A stretch of 64,000 nt of DNA from a virus (Duplodnaviria; Caudoviricetes). Position numbers and translations under genes: made by a program. The notes beneath the pieces were generated by a model that saw only the letters and a program-made list of their open reading frames with translations, did not search any database and was not told the DNA's origin. The stretch covers positions 3,526-67,525 of IMG/VR virus record IMGVR_UViG_3300017914_002582; one strand, written 5' to 3'. Below, piece by piece: positions 7,340 through 16,628 of this stretch (its first letter is position 1; every line of letters begins with the position of its first letter).

Positions 7340-8407
7340 ATGGCATTCAATCCACTATCTGGCGGTTTTCAAGCAGTTCAAAACTTTGCAGAACGTTCGC
7401 TTAGAAATAATAAGCCAGGGCCTAAATTTGATCCATTACAGAAGAATGGAACTATACTATACTTCCCGAACGATCTAGCATCCGCGGATGAAGCTCTTAG
7501 ACCTATTATTCGATTTACTTGTTTTGAAAGAACAGGCAAAACTGGTGGGCCGACAACACATCGAATACACTTACCCTGTCCACCAAATATTGCGTTTAGT
7601 GATAATGCTCAGTACTCAAGTATAGACTTAGGTCAAATGGGAGCAGTAACTGCTCAGGCAACAGAAAATATACAATCAGGGCAGGGAATCGGAGAAGCTA
7701 TTGGTCAGTCAGTAGATAATATCGATATAACTAAAATAGTAGCAACTAATGTTGGTCAAAAAATTGCACCAGCATCAACTGGTAATGCGCTATTTGCTAA
7801 TAAACTAATTAAAAACCCCAACACAAATACTTCATACACTGGTTCAGGCGTTAGGGCATATACATTTAATTTTAAAATGGTTGCAAATTCAGCTGAAGAA
7901 TCTATAATTATAAAACACATTCACCAACTTTTCCGAAAACAGATGTATGCTGCTAAAACATTTAATGGGGAAGAAGGACTATTGAGATACCCGCCGACTT
8001 GGGGAATCGACTTTATGAAAATAAAAGATAATAAACTTAGCCGTAATGATTATATTCCTGTCCCATACGCATGTTATCTTACGGCGTGTAATACTACTTT
8101 TAATGCTGCAGCAGATAGTTGGCACTCAGAAGGCCAGCCGTTTGAGGTAGATGTTTCTATTAACTTCCAAGAAACAAGAAATCTATTCAGAGAAGATATC
8201 GACAGACTTGAATCAATTGCAGGTGATCCAAATAACAAGCAAAATCAAATCCAACGCGGGGTTTCTGAAACTGGACTTGCTCTCACACAGACCCCCGATC
8301 AATATAATTATACTCCCGATCAAGATGCTACGGCAGCTGAAGCAAACAGAACACAAACCGTTTCAGTCACGGAGGGTAATATTCAGGCTGGAGGTAATTT
8401 AGAATGA
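7340..8407 (+). CDS. gp48: Baseplate tail tube cap gp48
   Basis: LYFPNDL, IHLPCPPNIAFSDNAQY, NPNTNTSYTGSGVRAYTFNFKM, LRYPPTWGI, CYLTACNTTF, INFQET. Confidence 0.85.
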   Translation: MAFNPLSGGFQAVQNFAERSLRNNKPGPKFDPLQKNGTILYFPNDLASADEALRPIIRFTCFERTGKTGGPTTHRIHLPCPPNIAFSDNAQYSSIDLGQMGAVTAQATENIQSGQGIGEAIGQSVDNIDITKIVATNVGQKIAPASTGNALFANKLIKNPNTNTSYTGSGVRAYTFNFKMVANSAEESIIIKHIHQLFRKQMYAAKTFNGEEGLLRYPPTWGIDFMKIKDNKLSRNDYIPVPYACYLTACNTTFNAAADSWHSEGQPFEVDVSINFQETRNLFREDIDRLESIAGDPNNKQNQIQRGVSETGLALTQTPDQYNYTPDQDATAAEANRTQTVSVTEGNIQAGGNLE

Positions 8408-10095
8408 GTTTTTTCAAACAGTTCCCAACAACAGCATATCAATTTGAACCAAACCAACCTACAAGTGTCACGGATATATTTCGCCATGTAGATGTTAATA
8501 ATGAATTAGTTTCTGACATTAACTCATATACATATTATGAAATTGAGGATGGTGAACGGCCTGATAATGTTTCACAAAAATTATATGGGACTCCTGATTT
8601 TTATTGGACATTTTTTATTGTAAACGAAACACTAAAAAATGGCATTGACGATTGGCCAAAATCATATTCTTCTATTGAGGCAGAACTAGAACTTGAATAT
8701 GATCCTCTTGGTTCTATGGTGTTTGTTCCAAGAACAGTTCCGGGCACAGAAGGAAATGGCTTTAGAAAACTTGGAGTAGGGGCAGGTGACCTACTTGGGC
8801 GGGAATATGAAACGAGTACACAGGAATCAGTAGATACCAATGACGTTGGTTCTCAATTTAATGCATCTACAATACAAAATAATTTTTCGGGTTTGGATTT
8901 ATCCTATGCTGACCTAAGAATAGTTCGGTGTCTTGAGTCAGCTAAAATTGTGAACTGGAATGAAAAAACATTGCAATTAGTAATGTCTGACTTTACAGAT
9001 AGAGATAATTTCTTTGCAACAGATGAAAGAGAGTTAGATAGAATTCGTGGTGCTAATCTTATTCCAATTCCTGATGGTGGAGGTATTACTAACGCTGCAC
9101 CAATTCAGCTGAATAGAACATGGTTACAGAGAATGTATCTATCATTTAATGATTGGCCAATAGTTGGTAAAGATGGTAATCCAGCTAATGACTATTTTCC
9201 AGACATCTTAGCTGGCCAACAGAATAATTTAAACGAAGCAGCCAAAGACAAATTTGGTCAAGATGCGCTTTTTTCTACCTTAACTGGCGAACAGGTACAA
9301 CAACTAGTTGACGCCGATGTTTTGAATCAATCATTCTATACAAGAAAACTATTAAACACTATGACCATCGAAAGAACAGAGTGGATGATTAGTGTGTTTA
9401 AATGGTTGGACACACAGTTTGTAGATGCATCCAAATCATGGCCACTACTTCCAAATGATAGAGGCCGGCCGTATATGCCCTATGAAGCATTTTTATATTA
9501 CTTTTCATTAGAAGATAATACTATAGAACAAGCTGCATTGACAGTATGGGTTCAGTATTTTCACCCCTACTATAGAACAGGACAATTAAAATTTAAAGGA
9601 TTTTATCTTCATCAAAAAGCAAATGGCGAAGACTGTAAATATACAAACTTTAGAAACGCACCGCTTTACTATTATAGAAATAACGATACAGAAGATGTAC
9701 TAAATGCTTATGATGTTCTTGGGCAATCTTTAATTCGTGCTGCAGGTAAACCTCAAGGTACAGCCGAAGAGATTGTACAAGGATGGAATCCTCCTGACAT
9801 TCCTGTTGAAGGCAGTGATCCAGATAGATTTGTTTCGCATTATGACCACTTGATACATGAAAAGGATGAAAAAAGTAAAATCAGAGTTATCAAACCAGAA
9901 CTAATTAGAGAATTTGCACAAGCCTATAAAGATTTGATTCAACAAGGTTCTACCGTAACTGGAGCTGTACTTGGTTCTTCTACCGCTGTAGCAGGTAGTG
10001 CACTAGGTGGAGGTGGAGGTGGGGCAGTATCCTCAGGCGGTGGTGGCGGTGGCGGTGGGTCATCTTCAGGCGGCGGCGGTGGTGGTGGATATTAA
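8404..10095 (+). CDS. gp53: Baseplate wedge gp53, enlarged, with Gly-rich tail
   Basis: MSFFKQFP, YEIEDGERPDNVSQKLYGTPDFYW at the N-terminus; EKDEKSKIRVIKPELI near the C-terminus; large central insertion. Confidence 0.85.
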   Translation: MSFFKQFPTTAYQFEPNQPTSVTDIFRHVDVNNELVSDINSYTYYEIEDGERPDNVSQKLYGTPDFYWTFFIVNETLKNGIDDWPKSYSSIEAELELEYDPLGSMVFVPRTVPGTEGNGFRKLGVGAGDLLGREYETSTQESVDTNDVGSQFNASTIQNNFSGLDLSYADLRIVRCLESAKIVNWNEKTLQLVMSDFTDRDNFFATDERELDRIRGANLIPIPDGGGITNAAPIQLNRTWLQRMYLSFNDWPIVGKDGNPANDYFPDILAGQQNNLNEAAKDKFGQDALFSTLTGEQVQQLVDADVLNQSFYTRKLLNTMTIERTEWMISVFKWLDTQFVDASKSWPLLPNDRGRPYMPYEAFLYYFSLEDNTIEQAALTVWVQYFHPYYRTGQLKFKGFYLHQKANGEDCKYTNFRNAPLYYYRNNDTEDVLNAYDVLGQSLIRAAGKPQGTAEEIVQGWNPPDIPVEGSDPDRFVSHYDHLIHEKDEKSKIRVIKPELIREFAQAYKDLIQQGSTVTGAVLGSSTAVAGSALGGGGGGAVSSGGGGGGGGSSSGGGGGGGY

Positions 10096-10097
10096 TT

Positions 10098-11453
10098 ATG
10101 AAAGGTAATTTTACTAGTGACTTAAGCAGTGTTACTCCAGATGCAGTAATACTTCAAAAAGTTGAATTGTTTAATCACAAAGGTTTAGTAAAAGATATTA
10201 AAGACCTTGTAAGTGATATTACAATTCAAGAGAGTTTGTATTTACCAGCACTTATTTGTGAAGTTACTATCAACGAATCCGTAAATTTATTTGAAGACTT
10301 AAAAATAATTGGACAAGAAAGAATAGTTATTGAGTTCCAAAAGAAACCACTAGGTGCGAATGACTTTCAAATATTTACATTCACTTTTATAGTGACAGAA
10401 TATCCCGCCTTTGTCAAGAGTTTAAATCAAACATCTCAGGCGTACTCTTTACGAGCTACAACACCCTTTGCTTATATGTCGAGATTTAAAAAGATATCAA
10501 GGGAATACCGAGAAGCAACATCACTCGAAATTGTCCGTCTTGTAAATACCGATCTAGAACATACAGATGGTTTCTTATCTATTGGAGAGGAATCTTCGGA
10601 ACATCGGGGCGTATTTACTTTACAACACCCTCTTCAGGCAATAGAGTTTCTACGGAAAAATACTTATGACGAAAATGGAGCTCCTTTTTTCTTCTTTCAG
10701 ACCTTTGATAAGGTTTCTCGATTTGTATCATTGAGCCATCTTATATCAGACAAAAACCCAGTATTTAATACTTATCGAGATGTTAAAGGGTTTGGTAGTG
10801 ATATAGGTACAGAAGAAGATTATAAACAAAGAGCTAAACGTATTGTAAAATTTAATTCTGAAATTAATATGTCTAAGTTATTTCAAGCAGAAGACGGTGC
10901 CTTTGCAAGTAGAAATTATTCTTTAGACTACACTACAAAAACCTATGACCAAAGAATATACGATTATAACCAAAGCGCAAATATATCAAACACTCTTGGA
11001 AAGAAACCAGTTTTGTCTAATACATTCGGCCTCGGCTCTCAAAACTCAACCTTGAATACACTTCCCGATTCTCATTGTGAATATATTTCTACGAACAGTG
11101 GGGCATATCCTGGCTTAAAAAATTATTCTAATAACTTGTACACAAATATTCACAGACTAAATGCATATAATACATTGCTGTCAAATATTTCTCATCAGAT
11201 AGAAGTGGCCGGAGACTTTTTTCTTAACCCCGGCAAAAAAATTAATTTAGAATTGCCAAAAGCAATCGATCAAGAAATATATAATAAATGGAAAAGTGGT
11301 GAAGTTGACGACGTAGCTCATATTGATAGGCATCTGTCGGGTGATTATCTAGTTGTTTCAACTATTCACACTTTTACAGTCGGAAGTAATGGTTCATGTT
11401 CTCACATGAGCTCAATGGAAATAAATAAGGATTCGTTTACGATAGATATTTGA
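10098..11453 (+). CDS. Baseplate hub protein, gp27-like
   Basis: DITIQESLYLPALICEV, IIGQERIVIEF, FFFFQTFD, IEVAGDFFLNPGKKINL, LSGDYLVVSTIHTF; directly precedes gp5. Confidence 0.75.
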   Translation: MKGNFTSDLSSVTPDAVILQKVELFNHKGLVKDIKDLVSDITIQESLYLPALICEVTINESVNLFEDLKIIGQERIVIEFQKKPLGANDFQIFTFTFIVTEYPAFVKSLNQTSQAYSLRATTPFAYMSRFKKISREYREATSLEIVRLVNTDLEHTDGFLSIGEESSEHRGVFTLQHPLQAIEFLRKNTYDENGAPFFFFQTFDKVSRFVSLSHLISDKNPVFNTYRDVKGFGSDIGTEEDYKQRAKRIVKFNSEINMSKLFQAEDGAFASRNYSLDYTTKTYDQRIYDYNQSANISNTLGKKPVLSNTFGLGSQNSTLNTLPDSHCEYISTNSGAYPGLKNYSNNLYTNIHRLNAYNTLLSNISHQIEVAGDFFLNPGKKINLELPKAIDQEIYNKWKSGEVDDVAHIDRHLSGDYLVVSTIHTFTVGSNGSCSHMSSMEINKDSFTIDI

Positions 11454-11454
11454 T

Positions 11455-12837
11455 ATGGAATTTTTAAATAATAATTTTACAGATACCGCATTTCGTTGGT
11501 TCACTGGTGTTATTGAAGATATCAACGACCCGTCAGAGATGGGAAGAGTTCGGGTTAGGTGTTTCGGCTATCATAGTAGTGATAGGGATGAGATTCCAAC
11601 CTCAGCTTTACCACTTGCTCATGTTATGATGCCTATTACTTCAGCTTCTTGTTCTGGTGTCGGCGAATCCGCCACGGGAATTTTAGCAGGTTCTTGGGTA
11701 GTTGGTTTCTTTCGTGATGGAGAAGCGTGTCAAGACCCGATTATCCTTGGAACGCTTCCTTCTCAAACTCCTAAAACACAAAACTATGTTCGCGTTGGTT
11801 TTTCTGATCCTACAGGTGCAATGCCGAGAACGCCTGGCGAGGTCGATAACCCCAGAGGCAGTCGAACTGATTATAGTTCAAGCTATGCATTTCTTAAAAA
11901 GGATGAAATGCAAAGAAAGTCAATGGTTGAAGTTGATGGCGAGCTTCTAGGTAACCCAACCGCCGTACCACCTAATGGGCAAGTAATTTCGGGAGACAAA
12001 CCTGAATCTTACTTTGAAAGAAAGAGATGGGAAATAAAAGACCCCTTTGACACAACCCAGCCTACCTATCCTAACAACCATGTAAAAGAATATCTTTCTG
12101 GCCATACAGTAGAATATGACGATACGGTTGGTAAAGAGAGAATTTTAAATCTTCATAAATCGGGAACGTATGAAGAAATCGATAACACAGGTGACCGTAC
12201 AGTTATTGTAAACGGCAATGATTATCAAGTTGTGATGAAAGACCAAAACGTATCAATAAAAGGCAATGTAAATCTTACGATTGACGAAGATGTAAAGACA
12301 TTGATAAAAGGTAATTATCACTTAGAAGTTGAAAAAGATTATACAATGAATATACATGGTAATATCTTTAAAAAGGTTGGCCTGTCAGAATTTAACGAAG
12401 TTGTAAAAGATGTATCAACAAATATCAAAGGAAAACTTGATACTAGAATCGGTAAAGGAGAAAACCGAACCGTTACACAAAACTCTACCCTAGAAATTGT
12501 ACAGAATCAAGATATTCAAGTCGGACAAAATCTGACTAGTATAATTAATGGAAATGAACAAAAAACTGTTATTGGAAAACTTGATACAGCTGTAAACGAA
12601 ACATTTACACTTACCTCGACAGGAAACTTCAAACTTGATGTAGCAGCTGATATTGATATTGACGCAGGGTCAGATGTCTTTATGGATGCACCTACAGGAA
12701 GTATTGACTTCCCTGCTGGAAATATTACATCTAATACTATAACACTTCATACTCATACACACAGTCAGCCGAGTGATCTAGAACCAGTGCATCCTGATCC
12801 ACAATCAGAAACTAATGCACCAACGAGTGGAACGTAG
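11455..12837 (+). CDS. gp5: Baseplate central spike gp5, no recognisable lysozyme domain
   Basis: FRWFTGVIEDINDPSEMGRVRVRCFGYH (OB fold), WVVGFFRDG, YPNNHVKEYLSGHTVEYDDT, beta-helix repeats, C-terminal HTHTH. Confidence 0.92.
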   Translation: MEFLNNNFTDTAFRWFTGVIEDINDPSEMGRVRVRCFGYHSSDRDEIPTSALPLAHVMMPITSASCSGVGESATGILAGSWVVGFFRDGEACQDPIILGTLPSQTPKTQNYVRVGFSDPTGAMPRTPGEVDNPRGSRTDYSSSYAFLKKDEMQRKSMVEVDGELLGNPTAVPPNGQVISGDKPESYFERKRWEIKDPFDTTQPTYPNNHVKEYLSGHTVEYDDTVGKERILNLHKSGTYEEIDNTGDRTVIVNGNDYQVVMKDQNVSIKGNVNLTIDEDVKTLIKGNYHLEVEKDYTMNIHGNIFKKVGLSEFNEVVKDVSTNIKGKLDTRIGKGENRTVTQNSTLEIVQNQDIQVGQNLTSIINGNEQKTVIGKLDTAVNETFTLTSTGNFKLDVAADIDIDAGSDVFMDAPTGSIDFPAGNITSNTITLHTHTHSQPSDLEPVHPDPQSETNAPTSGT

Positions 12838-12847
12838 GAGATAAGAT

Positions 12848-14284
12848 ATGGCATTAAATTGTGATTTATTAGATGGTAAACTCAAAGCTTTAGAAGATGC
12901 TAAAGCTGCTATGAAAGAGAAACTAGGGGAATTATCATCTCAAGGTTCAGCTGCATTAGCCGATATAAAATCAGCTGCAGATGCTCAGTTAGATGCTCTT
13001 AAATCTTCACTTCCAGAAGTTCCTGAAATACCTAATTTTCAATCAGCGTTTGACGAAGTAAAAACTAAAGTTTTAGGTAATGACCCAAACGCTGATAAAA
13101 TCATAGAAAAATTTCAAGGTGAGTGGGGTGGTGCTGTAGATGATATTGCATCTATTATTATAACTTTAAATAACCCTCTCACACTACTTAAATTTAATCC
13201 GTGTTCCCTACCAAAGATAGATGCTGAAAAACTAGCCGATGGAACATTTAAAGCATTACCAACGCCACCCGAATCGCCAAAGCTAAATAAAGACGTTGAA
13301 GATATGGTTGAGCCTAGTGAAGCTCCTACTGCAATAGATAAAAAAGTTTCAACATCAGATATTGCTGGGCATGATCTAACTTTATCTGAAGTGGATAGTG
13401 TAGGAATTTTATTAAACACAGTTTCCGAAAAAAATGAAAATAAAGTCCCGCCTGGCACAATAAATTCTCTCGTAAAAGAGGTATACGGAAAGCAACGCAA
13501 AAAAGTCGAACAAGACATACTAAATGTCATGCCGAAAGAAACACAAAAATATTATAAAACCAGAGGAATAAACGCAGTTAATTATTTTTTAGAGACCGAT
13601 GTACCTATACCAGAGAGCTATGATAATTACTATTCAAAACTCACTGAACTACGTTCTTTACAATATATTAAGTCGACCGAAGGATTCTTTATTCGTACTA
13701 TTAGTGATTTTATTACTAACGAAGAAGGTAAAACAGATGAAAATATAGAAAAACTTTATTCGGCTTATCAAACACAAATTAGATTAGAGCCTCTTGGGTT
13801 TCCTGCTATACCGCCTGAAAAATTAACTGAAGGGACTCAAAGATATAATAGAAACCTTTTTAATGTAAAACTTGGAGACTTTAGATCAATTTTTATTGGC
13901 CGTTCTTTTACATTATCTGATATCCGTACAGGCACGGAAGGAAGAGTTATAAATGCCTATCAAGATAATTTAATAGGTATAGCTCGTGCTATTTTCCGTG
14001 ATAAAGAAATTTATCAAAGCTATATTTGGGCAAAGGCACAAAGAAATCAGACACTAAAAAAAGAAACAACTATTAATTATAATTATCAAGACATACTGCC
14101 GGAAGATTTAGGTGGAAATTTGACACCACTAAATGCCCCACGACCGGCAGCAGCAGGGGTGTACACCAGAGCTACATTTGTTCCGCACGTTATGTATAGA
14201 GATAATGCTGATACAAAAGGTATATTAGCTTATGATTATGACAAGCATCTCCAACTAGCAAGAGACGGATATATTCACAAATAA
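12848..14284 (+). CDS. Hypothetical protein, possibly baseplate-associated
   Basis: 478 aa ORF with a GGAG RBS between gp5 and gp25; helical N-terminus followed by a Pro-rich linker. Confidence 0.6.
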   Translation: MALNCDLLDGKLKALEDAKAAMKEKLGELSSQGSAALADIKSAADAQLDALKSSLPEVPEIPNFQSAFDEVKTKVLGNDPNADKIIEKFQGEWGGAVDDIASIIITLNNPLTLLKFNPCSLPKIDAEKLADGTFKALPTPPESPKLNKDVEDMVEPSEAPTAIDKKVSTSDIAGHDLTLSEVDSVGILLNTVSEKNENKVPPGTINSLVKEVYGKQRKKVEQDILNVMPKETQKYYKTRGINAVNYFLETDVPIPESYDNYYSKLTELRSLQYIKSTEGFFIRTISDFITNEEGKTDENIEKLYSAYQTQIRLEPLGFPAIPPEKLTEGTQRYNRNLFNVKLGDFRSIFIGRSFTLSDIRTGTEGRVINAYQDNLIGIARAIFRDKEIYQSYIWAKAQRNQTLKKETTINYNYQDILPEDLGGNLTPLNAPRPAAAGVYTRATFVPHVMYRDNADTKGILAYDYDKHLQLARDGYIHK

Positions 14285-14291
14285 TATCTTT

Positions 14292-14320
14292 GTACTCATA
14301 TAAATAGTTGGTATGAGTAC
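14292..14320 (+). promoter_or_regulatory. Late promoter inside a 9 bp hairpin that covers the gp25 start codon
   Basis: TATAAATA at 14299-14306; GTACTCATA (14292-14300) pairs with TATGAGTAC (14312-14320), which contains the ATG at 14313. Confidence 0.75.
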
Positions 14321-14759
14321 TCAACTTTCAGATTTTAATTCTACGACAGCACCCATAAGTAAAGTTGCTCACGGGGCAAGTAAACTATCAGCTGATCTAG
14401 ATTTAAGATTTATATTACATCCGGCATACAATGATATAAGACCTATCACGGATATTGATGCAATCAAACAAGCGGTTAAGAATTTAATTCTAACTAACCA
14501 CGGAGAAAGACCGTTCCAACCTGAAATCGGTGGTAATATCACGCGTCTTTTATTTGAACCCGCGGATGTTTTTGTTATTGCAGAGATGGAAGAAGAGATT
14601 AAAGATGTTATAAACAGACATGAAAAAAGAGTAAACGATGTTGCGGTAAGAGTAGATTTTAGACCCGATATTAACTCACTCCATGTTGCAGTTCAATTCA
14701 ATGTTGTTGGAAAACAAGAAGCACAATCTATGGAATTTTATTTAGAGAGGTTGAGATAA
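14313..14759 (+). CDS. gp25: Baseplate wedge subunit gp25
   Basis: DLDLRFILHP, DAIKQAVKNLILTNHGERPFQPEIGGNI..LLFEP, FYLERLR. Confidence 0.95.
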   Translation: MSTQLSDFNSTTAPISKVAHGASKLSADLDLRFILHPAYNDIRPITDIDAIKQAVKNLILTNHGERPFQPEIGGNITRLLFEPADVFVIAEMEEEIKDVINRHEKRVNDVAVRVDFRPDINSLHVAVQFNVVGKQEAQSMEFYLERLR

Positions 14760-14760
14760 A

Positions 14761-16623
14761 ATGGCATCAACAAAAGTAAATGTAACAGAATTAGACTTCG
14801 ACCAGATCAAACGTAATTTAAAGGACTACTTCACACGAAGTGGTGGCCCGTTTAAGGATTACGATTTTGATGGATCGGGTTTAAATCACCTTCTTGACAT
14901 CTTAGCATATAACACTCACTATAACGCGGTCAATGCTCACATGGCAATGAATGAGTCTTTCCTTGATTCGGCTCAGGTTAGAGGTAATGTTGTATCTCGT
15001 GCTAAACTTTTGGGTTACACACCTAAGTCAGTTACTGCGCCCAGAGCTTTAATCAATGTCGTATTCCCAAGAAAGCCTGGTTCAGATTCAGAATCTTTAA
15101 CTATTCCTAGAGGCACTAAGTTTACAACTCTTATCGATGACGTAACGTATACCTTTGAAACCACTAGTACCGTTAAAACAGTAGTAAATGAAGGAGATTT
15201 TGTATTCTCTAATTTAGAAATTGCAGAAGGTTCTAGTAGAACAGAGTCTTACGTTATTGATAATAGCTATGACCAAAGATTTATTATTAATTCAAGAGAC
15301 GTAGATACAAGTACTTTGTTAGTAGATGTATTCCCAAACCTAAACTCGATGGAAAATAAAGAAACGTATGAGAAGTTTTCAAATTTTCCTGCAGTAGATG
15401 GTACATCTCAAATTTATTTTGTTGATGAAAACTCTGATGGTAACTTTGAAATTAGATTTGGCAATAATTTATTTGGAAAGAGACCACAGGCTTCTGGTAG
15501 AGTACAGATTAAATACCTTGTAACTAAAGGTGCACTAACAAACGGTGCGATTAATTTCAGATATAAAACAGGACAAGCAGTTATCGATGCAGAAGTTGCA
15601 ACTGAAAACATTCGTATTACTACAGCAAGTAGAGCTGCTGGTGGAGCTGGAGCTGAACCAATCGAAAGTATTAAATATAACGCACCTCTTTCTTTCATTG
15701 CGCAAGAAAGAGCAGTTACCTCGGACGACTATAAATCACTTATTAAAAGAAACTTTAGCGGGATTGACACTGTAGCAGCATGGGGTGGAGAGACACAAAA
15801 CATCCCTCAGTTTGGCAAAGTCTTTATCTCAATTAAACCTACAGCTGCTGAATTTTTAACTGCTGGGCAGAGGGCTGAAATAGAAAGATTCCTAAGAGGT
15901 AAAAGAATTGTGGGGATGACACCTGAAATTGTTGATCCAGAATATACATATATTTACTACCAGTTGTTTTTCAAGTATGATCCAACTGCCACTACTATTT
16001 CAAAGGGCGGTCTTGAATCTACTGTAAGACAAACTCTTTTAAACTATAATAACACACGACTGAATAACTTTGATGGTGTATACCGTCATTCAAATTTACT
16101 TTCTGCGGTGGATAATACGAACAATGCTATATTAAACTCGGTTGCACGTGTCCGGTGTTATAAAAAAGTAAATATCACTACTTCTACTGCTGATACTCAT
16201 ACTGCTGAGTTTGACTTTGCTCTTGCAGGGACAATCAATCAAGTATCAAGTTTTATTTCATCATCTGACTTTTTAGTAAAAGGAAAGCCGACAAGACTAC
16301 TTGATAGATATATTGATGGAGATAATACCCGGCGGGAACTATATGCAGTTCGAGCTGGTTCTGACACAGAAAAGGCTGTTGTATATCCGAATATAGGATT
16401 TGTAACTCCAGCAACTGGTAAAGTTGAGATTAGCAATTTACAACATGATAACAATGAAACAATCGAAATAAGAGTGCGTCCTGCATCAGATGATATTCTT
16501 TCTAAAGAGAAAAAGATTCTACAGATTGATGTAAACAAAACTACTATTATCGGCGATGTTGATAATATTTCTGTAGCAGGATCAGCTGGACTTTCAGATT
16601 ACGGAACATTTACTAGGGATTAA
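14761..16623 (+). CDS. gp6: Baseplate wedge subunit gp6
   Basis: VTELDFDQIKRNLK, DYDFDGSGL..LLDILAYNTHYNA, NESFLDSAQVR, ESIKYNAP, RAVTSDDYK. Confidence 0.96.
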   Translation: MASTKVNVTELDFDQIKRNLKDYFTRSGGPFKDYDFDGSGLNHLLDILAYNTHYNAVNAHMAMNESFLDSAQVRGNVVSRAKLLGYTPKSVTAPRALINVVFPRKPGSDSESLTIPRGTKFTTLIDDVTYTFETTSTVKTVVNEGDFVFSNLEIAEGSSRTESYVIDNSYDQRFIINSRDVDTSTLLVDVFPNLNSMENKETYEKFSNFPAVDGTSQIYFVDENSDGNFEIRFGNNLFGKRPQASGRVQIKYLVTKGALTNGAINFRYKTGQAVIDAEVATENIRITTASRAAGGAGAEPIESIKYNAPLSFIAQERAVTSDDYKSLIKRNFSGIDTVAAWGGETQNIPQFGKVFISIKPTAAEFLTAGQRAEIERFLRGKRIVGMTPEIVDPEYTYIYYQLFFKYDPTATTISKGGLESTVRQTLLNYNNTRLNNFDGVYRHSNLLSAVDNTNNAILNSVARVRCYKKVNITTSTADTHTAEFDFALAGTINQVSSFISSSDFLVKGKPTRLLDRYIDGDNTRRELYAVRAGSDTEKAVVYPNIGFVTPATGKVEISNLQHDNNETIEIRVRPASDDILSKEKKILQIDVNKTTIIGDVDNISVAGSAGLSDYGTFTRD

Positions 16624-16628
16624 AAAGT

